From contig CBDDCX010000008.1 in NCBI GenBank assembly GCA_965226375.1, forward strand, positions 1,984,001-2,048,000: a DNA stretch of 64,000 bases, given 5' to 3'. This stretch comes from Longimicrobiales bacterium. GTDB taxonomy: Bacteria; Gemmatimonadota; Gemmatimonadetes; Longimicrobiales; Gaopeijiaceae. The position numbers were made by a program, and so were the translations under genes. How positions within the stretch are numbered: position 1 is the first letter of the stretch; each line of letters opens with the position of its first letter. Positions 10,153-20,312 of this stretch are shown here, one piece after another. Under the pieces are notes generated by a model, which worked only from the letters and a program-made list of their open reading frames with translations, was not told where the DNA came from and ran no database searches.

Positions 10153-10994
10153 GTGCCGGAATCGACCGACCTCAGCCCGCCCGCCAACGCCTCGTCGGCG
10201 CGACAAAAGACCTACGAGATCATCTTCGGGCACGAGACCTGGGCGGGTCGCACGTCGACGTGCTCCTGCTCGCAGCCATCCTGGCCAGCGTGTCCGTGAT
10301 CATGATGGAGAGCGTGGCGTCGATCCGCGGTGAGTACGGCGGGTTGCTCCGGGGAGCGGAGTGGTTCTTCACGGTGCTCTTCACCGTGGAGTACGTGACC
10401 CGCCTCTGGTGCGTAGGCCGACCGGGTGCATATGCGCGGAGCTTCCTCGGGGTCATCGACCTTTTGGCCGTACTCCCCACCTACCTTTCGGTGCTGGTGC
10501 CCGGCGGACAGGTCCTCACGGTGGTCCGCATTCTTCGAGTGCTTCGCGTCTTTCGCGTCCTCAAGCTGGCGCACTACGTCGGAGAAGCCCGTATCCTGGG
10601 CCAGGCCCTGAGGGCGAGCCGCTTCAAGATCACGATCTTCGTGATAACGGTCTTGAGCATCACCGTGATTGTCGGTTCATTGATGTATCTGGTCGAGGGT
10701 CCCGCCTCTGGGTTCACGAGCATTCCTCAAGGCGTCTACTGGGCCATCGTGACCCTTACGACGGTCGGGTTCGGAGACATCACGCCACAGACCCCCTGGG
10801 GCCAGGCTTTGGCAAGCGTGGTGATGATCATGGGCTATGGGATCATCGCAATACCGACCGGTATCCTCACCGCCGAGTTCGTCGAGACGGCGCGCGCCCA
10901 ACGGGGTGCCCCCTGCGAGGGCTGTGGCCACGGTGGTCATGACCGGGACGCGAGCCACTGCAAGTGGTGTGGCAGCGCCCTGGCAGGATCGTAG
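10153..10994 (+). pseudogene. Ion transporter / K+ channel with a 1-bp frameshift near 10255
   Basis: Filter TTVGFGD and S4-like RILRVLRVFRVLKL. The family N-terminus (RQKTYEIIFGHETWAGRT) is in another frame from GTG 10153 and joins if ACG-TC-GAC is restored to ACG-TTC-GAC. Confidence 0.75.
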
Positions 10995-11113
10995 TCGAGG
11001 CAGATCTCCCTGCTTCAACTCGACTCGGGAACAACAGTTGCCATCCGTCTACCAATGCCGTGGTGTTGGGACCCGAACAAACACCGATAACCCGCCGAAC
11101 GTAGGAGGCGACC

Positions 11114-11647
11114 ATGTCGATGCCACAATCACAGCCCGCGTCGATGGCTGAAGCACTGCTTGCTCAGTTCAGGCAGGAAATGGCTGGGACCAGAACCACG
11201 CTCGAGAGAGTGCCCTTCGACAAAGCCGACTGGGCACCGCACGAGAAGGCCATGACGCTGGGCCGCCTGGCCGGCCATATCGCAGAGATGCCGGGGTGGG
11301 GAGCAGCCGTGCTGACCACGGACGAGTTCGACATGAACCCCGTGGACGGTGAAGCCTACTCGGCCCCGGAGCACCAATCGTTGGACGACATCCTCACCGC
11401 ATTCGACGCCGGCGTATCCGCAGCGGAGTCCACGCTGCCGGGCACCTCCGATGAGGCGATGGGCGTCCACTGGAGCCTGAAGTCGGGTGGCGAAGAGGTT
11501 ATGGGCGCCCCCCGAGGCGTGTTCTTCAGGGACGTCATCATAAGCCACCTCATCCATCATCGTGCACAGCTCGGAGTCTATCTCCGGCTCCTGGACATCG
11601 CCGTCCCGGGTATGTACGGCCCCTCGGCCGACGAACACGAGGAGTAG
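11114..11647 (+). CDS. DinB/YfiT family protein
   Basis: PHEKAMTLGRLAGHIAE ... HLIHHRAQLGVYLRLL..PGMYGPSADE; GGAGG RBS. Confidence 0.9.
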   Translation: MSMPQSQPASMAEALLAQFRQEMAGTRTTLERVPFDKADWAPHEKAMTLGRLAGHIAEMPGWGAAVLTTDEFDMNPVDGEAYSAPEHQSLDDILTAFDAGVSAAESTLPGTSDEAMGVHWSLKSGGEEVMGAPRGVFFRDVIISHLIHHRAQLGVYLRLLDIAVPGMYGPSADEHEE

Positions 11648-11721
11648 CGAAGGCCGAGCGCTTCCCCGTTCGTCCCGGGCCGCGCTTCAGACCAGCGGGC
11701 CCGCGAATGGGCTGTTGCACC

Positions 11722-11758
11722 GGGGCCTCCGTCCACATGGGCGGGGGCCTCTTGATTT
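11722..11758 (+). terminator. Rho-independent terminator after the DinB-family gene
   Basis: GGGGCCTCCGTCC-ACAT-GGGCGGGGGCCTC hairpin followed by TTGATTT. Confidence 0.55.
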
Positions 11759-11908
11759 GGGTGGGCCGCCCCATCGGGGTGGGCGGTAGATCGACTACGC
11801 TGTGCCGGAGTCGGCACTCTTTTCCGAGCCAACACGTGTCCTGAGGGCATAATCTCACCGAATCGGGCTAGATTCGCGCCTGCGGGGTCCGCGCGAAGCC
11901 CTGAATCC

Positions 11909-11924
11909 TGGCACGAGCCTTGCG
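11909..11924 (+). promoter_or_regulatory. sigma54 (-24/-12) promoter
   Basis: TGGCACGAGCCTTGCG matches the TGGCACG-N4-TTGC consensus, about 100 bp upstream of the next CDS. Confidence 0.7.
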
Positions 11925-12021
11925 TTTGTAGATCACGGTTTTCCGAGGGTGTGCAAACAGACGGGTGCCAAACGTCCCCCTCCGAAACGGCAATAAGGTG
12001 ACTCGGGACCTGGAGGCGACG

Positions 12022-12627
12022 GTGCGGAAGATCTATCTACTCGGACTGCTCTACGTCGGTTTGAGCGTGATGTACATCATGAGGGCGCGGGAGCCGATAG
12101 TGATTCCAGATGATCCTCCCTTCACCCTCACCGTTCAGGCGCAGCCCGACATCGACCCGGACGTCGATCCGAATGACGCCGTGGCCTGGTTCCACTCCGT
12201 GAAAGCCTACTGCAACCCGGTAGAAGTCGAGACGAGGGTCAGTTGGAATCCGGCGCCCCGGTCCGCGGACGGCACCGCCTACCAGGCGACGTGCTTCGCG
12301 CTGGCCGGACGCATCGACACAGCGCGCGAGCTGATCCTGCAGCTGGAAGAAGATCAGCGGTGGCACGCCGCCGGAGTCGTGTTCAATATCGGCCACCCCG
12401 CGGCAGACGCCGGCGACAACCTGGCCGCCGGCCCCCTGATGGAGCTTGTGGTGGAGTTCTGGCCCAACCACTACATGGCGCTATATCACGCCGGGGCCGC
12501 CCGCTACGCGCTGGGCGACCACGGTGCCGCCCACGGGTATCTGGTGAGATTCCTGGAGCACTACGATCCCGACGACGGCTGGCGCCGGAGCGCCCTGAGC
12601 ATGATCGCGGAAGTCGAGGCCCCGTGA
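12022..12627 (+). CDS. Membrane-anchored TPR-like hypothetical protein
   Basis: N-terminal TM; PNHYMALYHAG..A.GYLVRFLE TPR-like repeat; GGAGG before GTG 12022 (alternative starts 11965/11998). Confidence 0.7.
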   Translation: MRKIYLLGLLYVGLSVMYIMRAREPIVIPDDPPFTLTVQAQPDIDPDVDPNDAVAWFHSVKAYCNPVEVETRVSWNPAPRSADGTAYQATCFALAGRIDTARELILQLEEDQRWHAAGVVFNIGHPAADAGDNLAAGPLMELVVEFWPNHYMALYHAGAARYALGDHGAAHGYLVRFLEHYDPDDGWRRSALSMIAEVEAP

Positions 12628-13616
12628 GCGAGCTCATGATACCGACAAAGGTGGTCGGCTCATGCGCTCTCTGTGGCGGGCCGGACCCCCTCGACCTCGC
12701 GGTCTGCCTCGACTGCACGAGTCGCACCGGCGACGGGCTCCTCTTTGTCCGCCAGTCGATTCGTAAGCCCGAGCGGGCCAGGGTCGTCGAACGTCTGCAT
12801 CGTATCCTGCCGCCAGGCGTCGATTGGGAATCGTTCCTTCTGGCCACCAAGGGTTACTTGCCGCTAGCTGCAGTGCCCCTCCCCGCAGCCGAGCAGGTGC
12901 TCGGGGCCTTCGCTCACGAGAGCATCCCCACCCACGTCATTCCAAAGCACTGGGGAGTCGCTCCGATCCCGATGGGGATGACCCTCGTACTCTTGTCGGT
13001 GTTGATCGCGGGCTCTCTGGTCGGACTCCTTTCAGGGCAGCTGCTTTTCCTGGGGAGCCCTCTCTATGCCGGCCTCCTCTGGATTCTGACGCAGCAGCGC
13101 CTCCGCAGACCCGCGGCATGTGAAGGGACGCACCACCCCTGGCTGCCTCGTGACGTCGAGGAGCGCGTTGTGGCAGGTCTGGCGAGCTTGCCTATCGTGA
13201 CGCCCCGCACGCTGCTCGCCGACGCCGTTCACCTCGGGCGCCTCCTGTGGGAGAGAGCTGATGTGACCGGAGACGTCGACCTCGTGGCAGATATGGCGCA
13301 GCTGCTGGCCATCGCAGCCGACGCCGCAACGGATCTGGCACGCGTCGAAGAGGCGGGCCGTGTGGTGGCCAGCCAGAGGGCAGAAGGCGCTGCAGCCTAC
13401 GTGACAAGGACCGAGGCGCTGGAGACGATCGAAGCGTCGAGGCAGCGACTTCACGACCAACTCCTCGACGTGGTGCGGACTATGGGCAGTGCCAACCGGA
13501 GACTCTCTGAAGCCGGAGGCCAGGGTGCCGAGCTGGTTCGGCTCGCCGACGCCATCGAGACGAGCCGCGCCGCCCAGGCAGGAGCCGTCACCGAAGTCGA
13601 GCGGCTCCTGGCCTAG
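12624..13616 (+). CDS. Hypothetical membrane protein (Cys4 ribbon, 2 TM, helical C-terminus)
   Basis: GTG overlaps the upstream TGA; CALC..CLDC; two hydrophobic segments; Ala-rich coiled-coil-like tail. Confidence 0.65.
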   Translation: MSELMIPTKVVGSCALCGGPDPLDLAVCLDCTSRTGDGLLFVRQSIRKPERARVVERLHRILPPGVDWESFLLATKGYLPLAAVPLPAAEQVLGAFAHESIPTHVIPKHWGVAPIPMGMTLVLLSVLIAGSLVGLLSGQLLFLGSPLYAGLLWILTQQRLRRPAACEGTHHPWLPRDVEERVVAGLASLPIVTPRTLLADAVHLGRLLWERADVTGDVDLVADMAQLLAIAADAATDLARVEEAGRVVASQRAEGAAAYVTRTEALETIEASRQRLHDQLLDVVRTMGSANRRLSEAGGQGAELVRLADAIETSRAAQAGAVTEVERLLA

Positions 13617-13693
13617 CAACGTGTAGTTGACACACGGGCGCGAGCGCCTAACTCCTTGGACGACCCGAAGGGAATCCTTGTGAGGAATAGGTA

Positions 13694-15298
13694 ATGACGC
13701 GCAGATATGTTGGACTGCGGTGGCGGCTCGTATCGGCTCTGGTGATCACAGCCGCAGGGGCATGCTCGCCCAATGGAGACGCGTCCTCCAGAGCCGGGAC
13801 TCCCGAGCTGCGAGCCGCCCTCTTTGACACCATCATGGCCCTGACCGAGTCCCGGGCGGCGTTCTCGCCCGTGAAAGAGGAGCACTGGAGCTTCTCCCCA
13901 CTGGAGTCCATGTCTGCATACCGTGACGAGTTCATCGCCTCGGACACGGAAGAAGCGCTTTTCTACACGCTCGAGAAAGTGAGCAACGCCCGTAACGACC
14001 GGCATCTGAATGTAAGCTTGGTCCCGGGCGGACTACGGCTCGCGCAGTCCGCGGGAGTGGGGGGAGGAGAGGGGCTCGTATACATCGCCCCGATACGTAT
14101 CCTCCCCGACTACGGCGATCCGGCGGTGTACTTCGTGGCCGACGTGTCTGAGAACGCCGAGCACTTCCCCGATGGCAGGGCGCGGCCCGGCGATCGAGTA
14201 GTTGCCGTAAACGGACGCTCCATGGCCGAGTACGAGGGTGCCGTAAGGCCGTACCAAGCGTCCTCCTACAGACCCAACCTGCGATGGCGCTTGGCCGAGG
14301 ACATCACCGCACGCTCGGCCTTGATGCCTCCTTCATTCTACGGTGACTCCCTCGAGCTGGAGCTCGAAGGAGAAGACGGACGAGTGACCTCGGTAACGCT
14401 GCCCTACCTTCATCCCGACTCCATCCCCTGGGCAGACCTCGCTGAGCCGAACTACCCGGGATTCAGGATCGAGCATTCCACGCCTACCTACGACCTCTAC
14501 TTGCCCGAGGACGACCGCTCCGTATTGATTCTGACCTGGTACGGATTCCGCGAGACGATGATCGCCGATGTCGACGAGCTCATGGAGTTGGCCGTTGCGG
14601 GAGGTTGGCTCGATCACGACCTCATCATCGACGGTACCCGAAGCCGGGGGGGCTCGGCCGGAGCCTACGCCGTCCAACGCTTCACCCCCAAAGCATTCAA
14701 GACCACGTTCGGAAACCTCCGCGTCAGCGACGTCGTGCCTCTCTTCATCGAGCAAAAGAGAGAGGAGATCGCTACCGGCGGGTCGTTGGACTCGGGGGTT
14801 CAGGAGGCCATGGACGACGGTTCTTGGCTCATGGAATGGCTGGATACGGACGTGGCCGACTCGGTGGTGGCGGGTGCGCTGTACACGAACAACGTGCCTT
14901 TCAAGCTGGCCCACGCGTCAAAAGACTCCGACGGGATTCTCCAGCCGGCGTCGATCCATTTTCGGGGTCGGATGGTGTGTTTCTTTGTGCCACGACGGGG
15001 ATCCCACCTGGATCAGTTCGCTTCCATCATCAAGGACAACGCCCTGGGGTACATCATCGGGATGACCCCGGGCGGGTACAGCAACACGTGGGAGTGGGAT
15101 GAGGTCCTCTACTTTCCCGGGACGGATCGGCCCGTGGCCCGATTCATGTGGGACATAGGCCACACCATCCGCCCCAACGGCGAGATCCAGGAGGGCAACC
15201 CGGCGCTCCCCGATGAGCTCGTCGCCCTCACCCGCGAGAACTTCCGTACCTACTACCCGGAGCTGGTTCGGCGGGCCATGGCGTACCTGGGTGGCTGA
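13694..15298 (+). CDS. S41-like peptidase lipoprotein with PDZ-like segment
   Basis: Lipobox AAGAC, PGDRVVAVNG (PDZ-like), LIIDGTRSRGG, GSHLDQF, IGMTPGG. Confidence 0.65.
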   Translation: MTRRYVGLRWRLVSALVITAAGACSPNGDASSRAGTPELRAALFDTIMALTESRAAFSPVKEEHWSFSPLESMSAYRDEFIASDTEEALFYTLEKVSNARNDRHLNVSLVPGGLRLAQSAGVGGGEGLVYIAPIRILPDYGDPAVYFVADVSENAEHFPDGRARPGDRVVAVNGRSMAEYEGAVRPYQASSYRPNLRWRLAEDITARSALMPPSFYGDSLELELEGEDGRVTSVTLPYLHPDSIPWADLAEPNYPGFRIEHSTPTYDLYLPEDDRSVLILTWYGFRETMIADVDELMELAVAGGWLDHDLIIDGTRSRGGSAGAYAVQRFTPKAFKTTFGNLRVSDVVPLFIEQKREEIATGGSLDSGVQEAMDDGSWLMEWLDTDVADSVVAGALYTNNVPFKLAHASKDSDGILQPASIHFRGRMVCFFVPRRGSHLDQFASIIKDNALGYIIGMTPGGYSNTWEWDEVLYFPGTDRPVARFMWDIGHTIRPNGEIQEGNPALPDELVALTRENFRTYYPELVRRAMAYLGG

Positions 15299-15305
15299 CG
15301 ACTCG

Positions 15306-16583
15306 ATGCGGGAGGACGCGGTAGAGAGACGGCCCGATCCCTCGGCGGGTCACGACCGAGACCGCACGCTCTGGTCGCGTTATCGCGAGCTCTCCCTCGG
15401 CTCGAAGATCCTGCTCTACATGGTGCTGGGTGGAGTCGTAGGAATGGTACTCGGCGAGCGAGCAACGGTGGTGCAGCCCTTGGGGGACTTGTTCATCCGG
15501 TTGCTGATCATGGCGGCCATTCCCTTGGTCTTCTTCAATCTTCTCGCCGGGATCACGAGTCTGGTCGATCTCAAGACACTGGGACGGTTGGCGGCCAAGA
15601 TCCTCTCGTACTACGTGCTGACCACGACGCTGGCGCTGGTCTTCGGCCTCACCTCCATGCACCTGCTGAAACCCGGACTAGGAATGACCCTCACCGAGGA
15701 CGCGGACCCCTCGGTGGGAGACGTGCCACGCGTGGTCGACGTGATCCTGGACCTGTTTCCCGAGAATGCGTTCGAAGCCTTCGCGACCGGCAAGGTCTCT
15801 CAAATCGTCGTCTTCGCCCTCTTTCTGGGTATCGCCACGGTTCTTCTTCCGGAGGACCGCCGTGCACCTCTGCGCTCCGGATTCGGCCTCGTGGCCGAGT
15901 TGCTCAGGAAGTTGGTCGATGTGATCATGTGGTTCGGACCCATCGGCATCGGGGCCTTGGCCGCGGCGACGCTCGGCCAGTATGGATCGCAGATCTTCGG
16001 ACCGCTCGCCCTCTTTATAGGCGGGATGTGGCTGGCCCAGGTCGCCATGGTGGTGGTGTACATGACCCTCCTCGGTGTGCTCACGCCCCATTCGCCGGTG
16101 AACTTCCTGAAGCAAACTGGGACCTTGTGGGCCACGACGATCGCGACATGTAGCAGCCTGGCCAGCCTGGCCGTGGCGTTCGAAGTGGCAGAAGGTCGGC
16201 TGAAGCTCCCCCAACGCATCTACTCGTTCACCCTCCCCTTAGGGGCTCAACTGAACAAGGACGGCACCTCCATCATGCTGGCGGGCGTCCTCTTGTTTAC
16301 GGCCCAGGCAGCCGGGGTGGACTTCAGCCTGGCATCACAGATCAGCATCCTCCTGATTGGCCTGGTCCTTTCGGAAGGCTCGGGCGGCATCCCGGGCGGC
16401 GGTCTGGTGATCGCCCTCATCTTCGTGCAGGCATTCAGCCTACCGCTGGAGATCGCCGCTATCGTGGCGGGCATCTACCGACTGATCGACATGGGAAGCA
16501 CGACCATCAACGTCATGGGCGACATGGTGGGAACCGCAATCGTATCGCACTCCGAGCGACATAACACCGAGGCTCCGGCATGA
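15306..16583 (+). CDS. Dicarboxylate/amino acid:cation symporter (DAACS/GltP family)
   Basis: TCSSLASL, LPLGAQLNKDGT, DMGSTTINVMGD. Confidence 0.9.
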   Translation: MREDAVERRPDPSAGHDRDRTLWSRYRELSLGSKILLYMVLGGVVGMVLGERATVVQPLGDLFIRLLIMAAIPLVFFNLLAGITSLVDLKTLGRLAAKILSYYVLTTTLALVFGLTSMHLLKPGLGMTLTEDADPSVGDVPRVVDVILDLFPENAFEAFATGKVSQIVVFALFLGIATVLLPEDRRAPLRSGFGLVAELLRKLVDVIMWFGPIGIGALAAATLGQYGSQIFGPLALFIGGMWLAQVAMVVVYMTLLGVLTPHSPVNFLKQTGTLWATTIATCSSLASLAVAFEVAEGRLKLPQRIYSFTLPLGAQLNKDGTSIMLAGVLLFTAQAAGVDFSLASQISILLIGLVLSEGSGGIPGGGLVIALIFVQAFSLPLEIAAIVAGIYRLIDMGSTTINVMGDMVGTAIVSHSERHNTEAPA

Positions 16584-17764
16584 GCGCTGATATTTTCGCA
16601 GACTTTCGGGAGAACTTTCCGGGCACCCGCGACGGGGTCTTCACCAACGTGGCCCAACGGGGGCTCATGCCGATTCAGGTGCGGGATGCCATCATGGCTT
16701 ATCTGGACCGGCGGACGGGCCTGGGTTGGAGTAAGGAAGAGTCCTTCGAGCTTGTCGAGGGCACACGCGACACGTTCGCGAAGTTCGTGAACGCCCACCC
16801 GGACGAAATTGCGTTCCTCAAGAACGTCTCGGACGGGTTGAACCACATCGCCTCCGGGCTCCTCTGGAAGACCGGGGACAATGTGGTGATGTGCCCGGAG
16901 CTGGAGCATCCGGCCAACGTGAACCCGTGGTACAACGCGGCCCGACGCTACGGTGTCGAGGTGCGCGCCGTGCCTCCCGACGACGGCCGGCTCAACCTCG
17001 ACACCCTCATGGCGGCGGTGGATGACCGCACAAGGGTGGTGTCGGTCTCGACGGTCACGTTCTCGCCAGGATTCGTCACAGATGTTGCCGCCCTCGCGGA
17101 TGCGTGCCGGGCGCGCGGCCCACGGCTCGTCGTCGATGCGGCCCAATCCATCGGTATTCTGCACACCGACGTGGAGCAACTCGGCATCGACGCCTTGGCC
17201 GTGGCTACCCAGAAGGGTCTGCTCTCGTGTTACGGGATGGGGTTCCTCTACTGCCGGAGGAGCTACGCGGAAGAGATGGAGCCTGCCGCCCTGGCTCGAT
17301 TTTCTGTGACCCTGGAAGAGGGCGCCCACGAGACGGCGCTCACGGGAGAGAACTTCACCTATGCGCCCGCCGCGAGACGCTTCGACGGAGGCAACTACAA
17401 CTACCTGGGAATCACGGCCGTGAACGCGGCTCTGAATCTGCTGAACCAGCTCGGCACACCGGCCATCGATACGTACGTTCGTGCGCTGGCGGTGCGTTTG
17501 GCCGAGGGATTCCTCGAGATGGGTCTACCTGTCTGTGGAGGAGCGCCGGGGCCGCATCTCGGCAACATCGTAGCGCTGGGTAAGAGTGGCGGGGGGCGCC
17601 ACTATACGGCCGACGATCCGGCGCTGAACTCCCTTCACGACATACTCACCCGCGAGGGAGTCCACCTTTCCATCAGGAAGGGCGTACTTCGATTCTCACT
17701 CCACGCGTACAACAACGAGGAAGATGTGGATCGGATTCTGGAGATCGCGCGGACCGCGGGGTAG
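16580..17764 (+). CDS. Class V PLP aminotransferase / desulfurase-like enzyme
   Basis: EHPAN, VVDAAQSIG, ATQKGLL (PLP Lys), RFSLHAYN. Confidence 0.88.
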   Translation: MSADIFADFRENFPGTRDGVFTNVAQRGLMPIQVRDAIMAYLDRRTGLGWSKEESFELVEGTRDTFAKFVNAHPDEIAFLKNVSDGLNHIASGLLWKTGDNVVMCPELEHPANVNPWYNAARRYGVEVRAVPPDDGRLNLDTLMAAVDDRTRVVSVSTVTFSPGFVTDVAALADACRARGPRLVVDAAQSIGILHTDVEQLGIDALAVATQKGLLSCYGMGFLYCRRSYAEEMEPAALARFSVTLEEGAHETALTGENFTYAPAARRFDGGNYNYLGITAVNAALNLLNQLGTPAIDTYVRALAVRLAEGFLEMGLPVCGGAPGPHLGNIVALGKSGGGRHYTADDPALNSLHDILTREGVHLSIRKGVLRFSLHAYNNEEDVDRILEIARTAG

Positions 17765-17823
17765 CGACCGGGAGAAGGCGCCACCACGCGGGAGCGCAGA
17801 GCCCCCGATTGCGGACCGTAGCG

Positions 17824-18987
17824 CTAGCTCCCGAACGCTGCCTCGAAACGCTCGATCAGCACTATTGCCGCCGCATCGGTGCCGTTCTCGCCCGGGTCGT
17901 CGGCCGCGTTCGTGACCGTGAACAGTCCGAAGTCTCTGCCCGGCGCCAGCCACAGCCTGGCGAACCACCTTACGTTGCTCCCGTTGTGAGTCAGAGCCAC
18001 GCCGCCGGTCCATGGTTGTTGCTCCAGTCCCCAACCCTGGGCATAGGCAGTGCCTGGGGCGGCGGTGTGAAGCTGCTGCCAGGACGCTGGCTCGAGGATC
18101 CCACCCTGCCCCTGAGCCCCAGCTAGATGTGCGGCCATGTACAGGGCCATATCCGCCATCGAGATGTGAACGGTTCCCGCAGGCCCGATGGAGGCAGGGT
18201 TGTCCGCCCCCGCGCTGCCCGGAGACTGCGGCGCCCAGTTCCCGCCGCTCCGAAGGTGGCCCCAGGGTTGGTCACGCACGCCCGGCTGGCCCGGAGCGCC
18301 GAACCCGGCCGTGGTGATCCCCAAGGGCTGAAAGAGTTCCTGCTCCATGAGCGTTTCCCACCCCAGCCCCGTGAGAGCCTCGATCATCGCACCCGCCACG
18401 ATGTAGCCGGCGTTTGAGTACAGGTGCTCACCACGAGATCGCTCCGGACTCAGGGCCAGGAGTTGGGCCGCCCACAGCAGGCGTTCCTCTGTGGTGGCCG
18501 GGCCCACGTCGACATCGAGGGTGGGCCAGATCGGAACCTCATGCACCTCGTCCCGTAGGCCCGACGTGTGCGAAAGAAGCTCCGTAAAGTTCACGTCGGC
18601 ATACTCGGGACGCATGTCCGCGACCAGGGCTGGAAGGGCCTGCGACACGGTCGTGCTCCATGACAGGACCCCTCGTTCCGCCAAGCGAGCGACGACGGTA
18701 GCCGTCATGGCCTTGGTGATGGATCCGACGTGCCAGAGATCGTTCTCGGTCACGGGCTCCGGACTGCCGTCCGCCCGCATGCCGACGGCGGCCATTTCGA
18801 TCACGCGACCTTGGTGCACCATCATCGCCGCGAGCGCTGGCAGGTCATGCGCCGCCCGCACGAACTCCAGAGTTTCGGCCAGCGTTCCGTCGCCGGCGCG
18901 TCCGGGATCGTCGGGTACGACCGGGTCGTCTCCACAGGCCGGGAAGAGGACCACGAGGACCAGGGCCACGCGCCGCGCTGACCTCAT
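17824..18987 (-). CDS. Serine hydrolase (beta-lactamase class C-like) lipoprotein
   Basis: Lipobox-like FPAC; GSITK (SxxK), YSN, HNGSN. Confidence 0.88.
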   Translation of the reverse strand: MRSARRVALVLVVLFPACGDDPVVPDDPGRAGDGTLAETLEFVRAAHDLPALAAMMVHQGRVIEMAAVGMRADGSPEPVTENDLWHVGSITKAMTATVVARLAERGVLSWSTTVSQALPALVADMRPEYADVNFTELLSHTSGLRDEVHEVPIWPTLDVDVGPATTEERLLWAAQLLALSPERSRGEHLYSNAGYIVAGAMIEALTGLGWETLMEQELFQPLGITTAGFGAPGQPGVRDQPWGHLRSGGNWAPQSPGSAGADNPASIGPAGTVHISMADMALYMAAHLAGAQGQGGILEPASWQQLHTAAPGTAYAQGWGLEQQPWTGGVALTHNGSNVRWFARLWLAPGRDFGLFTVTNAADDPGENGTDAAAIVLIERFEAAFGS

Positions 18988-19144
18988 CCCGTCCGAAACA
19001 GCCCGGTGGCAGACGCATGAATCGAATGGATGCATGGGTCCATTAGGCCAGGGCTCCAGTGAGGTTCCATTCCAGGCATGGCACAGGTACTCGACGCGAA
19101 CATCGCCACTGGCGAGTGGGCGCGCGGCCGTCCAGGTTCGTCTC

Positions 19145-20188
19145 ATGCGCATTCTGATTCTGGGTGGCACGGGCTTCATCGGCCCGCACATGGTGGAGTA
19201 CGCCCTGAGCCGCGGACACACCGTGACCATGTTCAACCGGGGTCGGACCAACACCCACCTCTTCCCCGAGGTGGAGAGGTTGGTCGGCGACAGGAACGGT
19301 GACGTGAGCGCCCTCGAGGGTCGGGAGTGGGACGTGGTGCTCGACAACAACGCCACGCTCCCGAGTTGGGTGCGACGGACGGCACAACTCCTCAAGGACT
19401 CGGCGGAACACTACATCCACGTCTCCACCATCTCCGTTTACGCCGGCACGTCCTTCGCGATAAAGCCCGACCGCATCGTAGCCCCCGGCTCTGCTGAAGA
19501 AGAAGCACGTAGAATCCACGAGGACTCCGAGCTCGCGGTCCTCCCCGAGGGGCATGAGGGTGAAGAGGTCACGGGTGGGACCTACGGGCCGTTCAAGGTG
19601 CTGGCCGAAGAAGAGGCCCGCTCAGCATTTCCGGGGCGGGCGGCGGTCGTCCGACCGGGGCTGATCGTCGGGCCCGGCGACCCCACGGATCGTTTCACCT
19701 ACTGGCCGGTGCGCATCGACCGGGGCGGCGACGTGCTCGTGCCTGGAGATGGCCTCGATTCGGTTCAGATCATCGACGCGCGAGACCTGACCGGGTGGAT
19801 CGTCAGGTTGGCCGAACAGAGGACGTCCGGCACGTACAACGCCACTGGCCCCGAGGCGCGTCTTTCTCTAGCCGAGATGGTCTATGGGATCCGCTCGGTC
19901 ACATCGTCGCCCGTGCACTTCAACTGGGTGGACATGGCCTTTCTCCAGGAGCACGAGGTGCGGCCCTGGTCCGACCTGCCGGTGTGGATCCCCGACAGCC
20001 CCCTGGGCTACGTACGGATCGACCGGGCCGTGGCGCAGGGGCTCACCTTCCGGTCTCTGGCAGAGACGACGGGGGATACGCTCGATTGGCACGCTATCCG
20101 TCCGGAGGAAGAGCGGGCCGCACTCAGGGCCGGCCTGGATCCCGCGCGGGAGGCGGAGCTTTTGAGGACCTGGCGAGCGGGCCGGTAG
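19145..20188 (+). CDS. NAD-dependent epimerase/dehydratase (extended SDR)
   Basis: MRILILGGTGFIG, YGPFK, RPGLIVGPGDPTDRFTYWP. Confidence 0.9.
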   Translation: MRILILGGTGFIGPHMVEYALSRGHTVTMFNRGRTNTHLFPEVERLVGDRNGDVSALEGREWDVVLDNNATLPSWVRRTAQLLKDSAEHYIHVSTISVYAGTSFAIKPDRIVAPGSAEEEARRIHEDSELAVLPEGHEGEEVTGGTYGPFKVLAEEEARSAFPGRAAVVRPGLIVGPGDPTDRFTYWPVRIDRGGDVLVPGDGLDSVQIIDARDLTGWIVRLAEQRTSGTYNATGPEARLSLAEMVYGIRSVTSSPVHFNWVDMAFLQEHEVRPWSDLPVWIPDSPLGYVRIDRAVAQGLTFRSLAETTGDTLDWHAIRPEEERAALRAGLDPAREAELLRTWRAGR

Positions 20189-20312
20189 CCCCGAGCAAAG
20201 CCCGCCTGTGCAAGCGCGCGCGAAGACGCCGCTCTGTCTTGACGATCGCCAGAGCGTTCCCCCGACCAACCCGTGTGTCGGCCAGCCGGGGGCGGGGGGT
20301 GACGTCCTCTAC

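Noticed and set aside
17824..20188. Long head-to-head overlap of the 523-aa and 565-aa ORFs
   Set aside because: GC-rich open-frame extensions; the true starts at 18987 and 19145 do not overlap.
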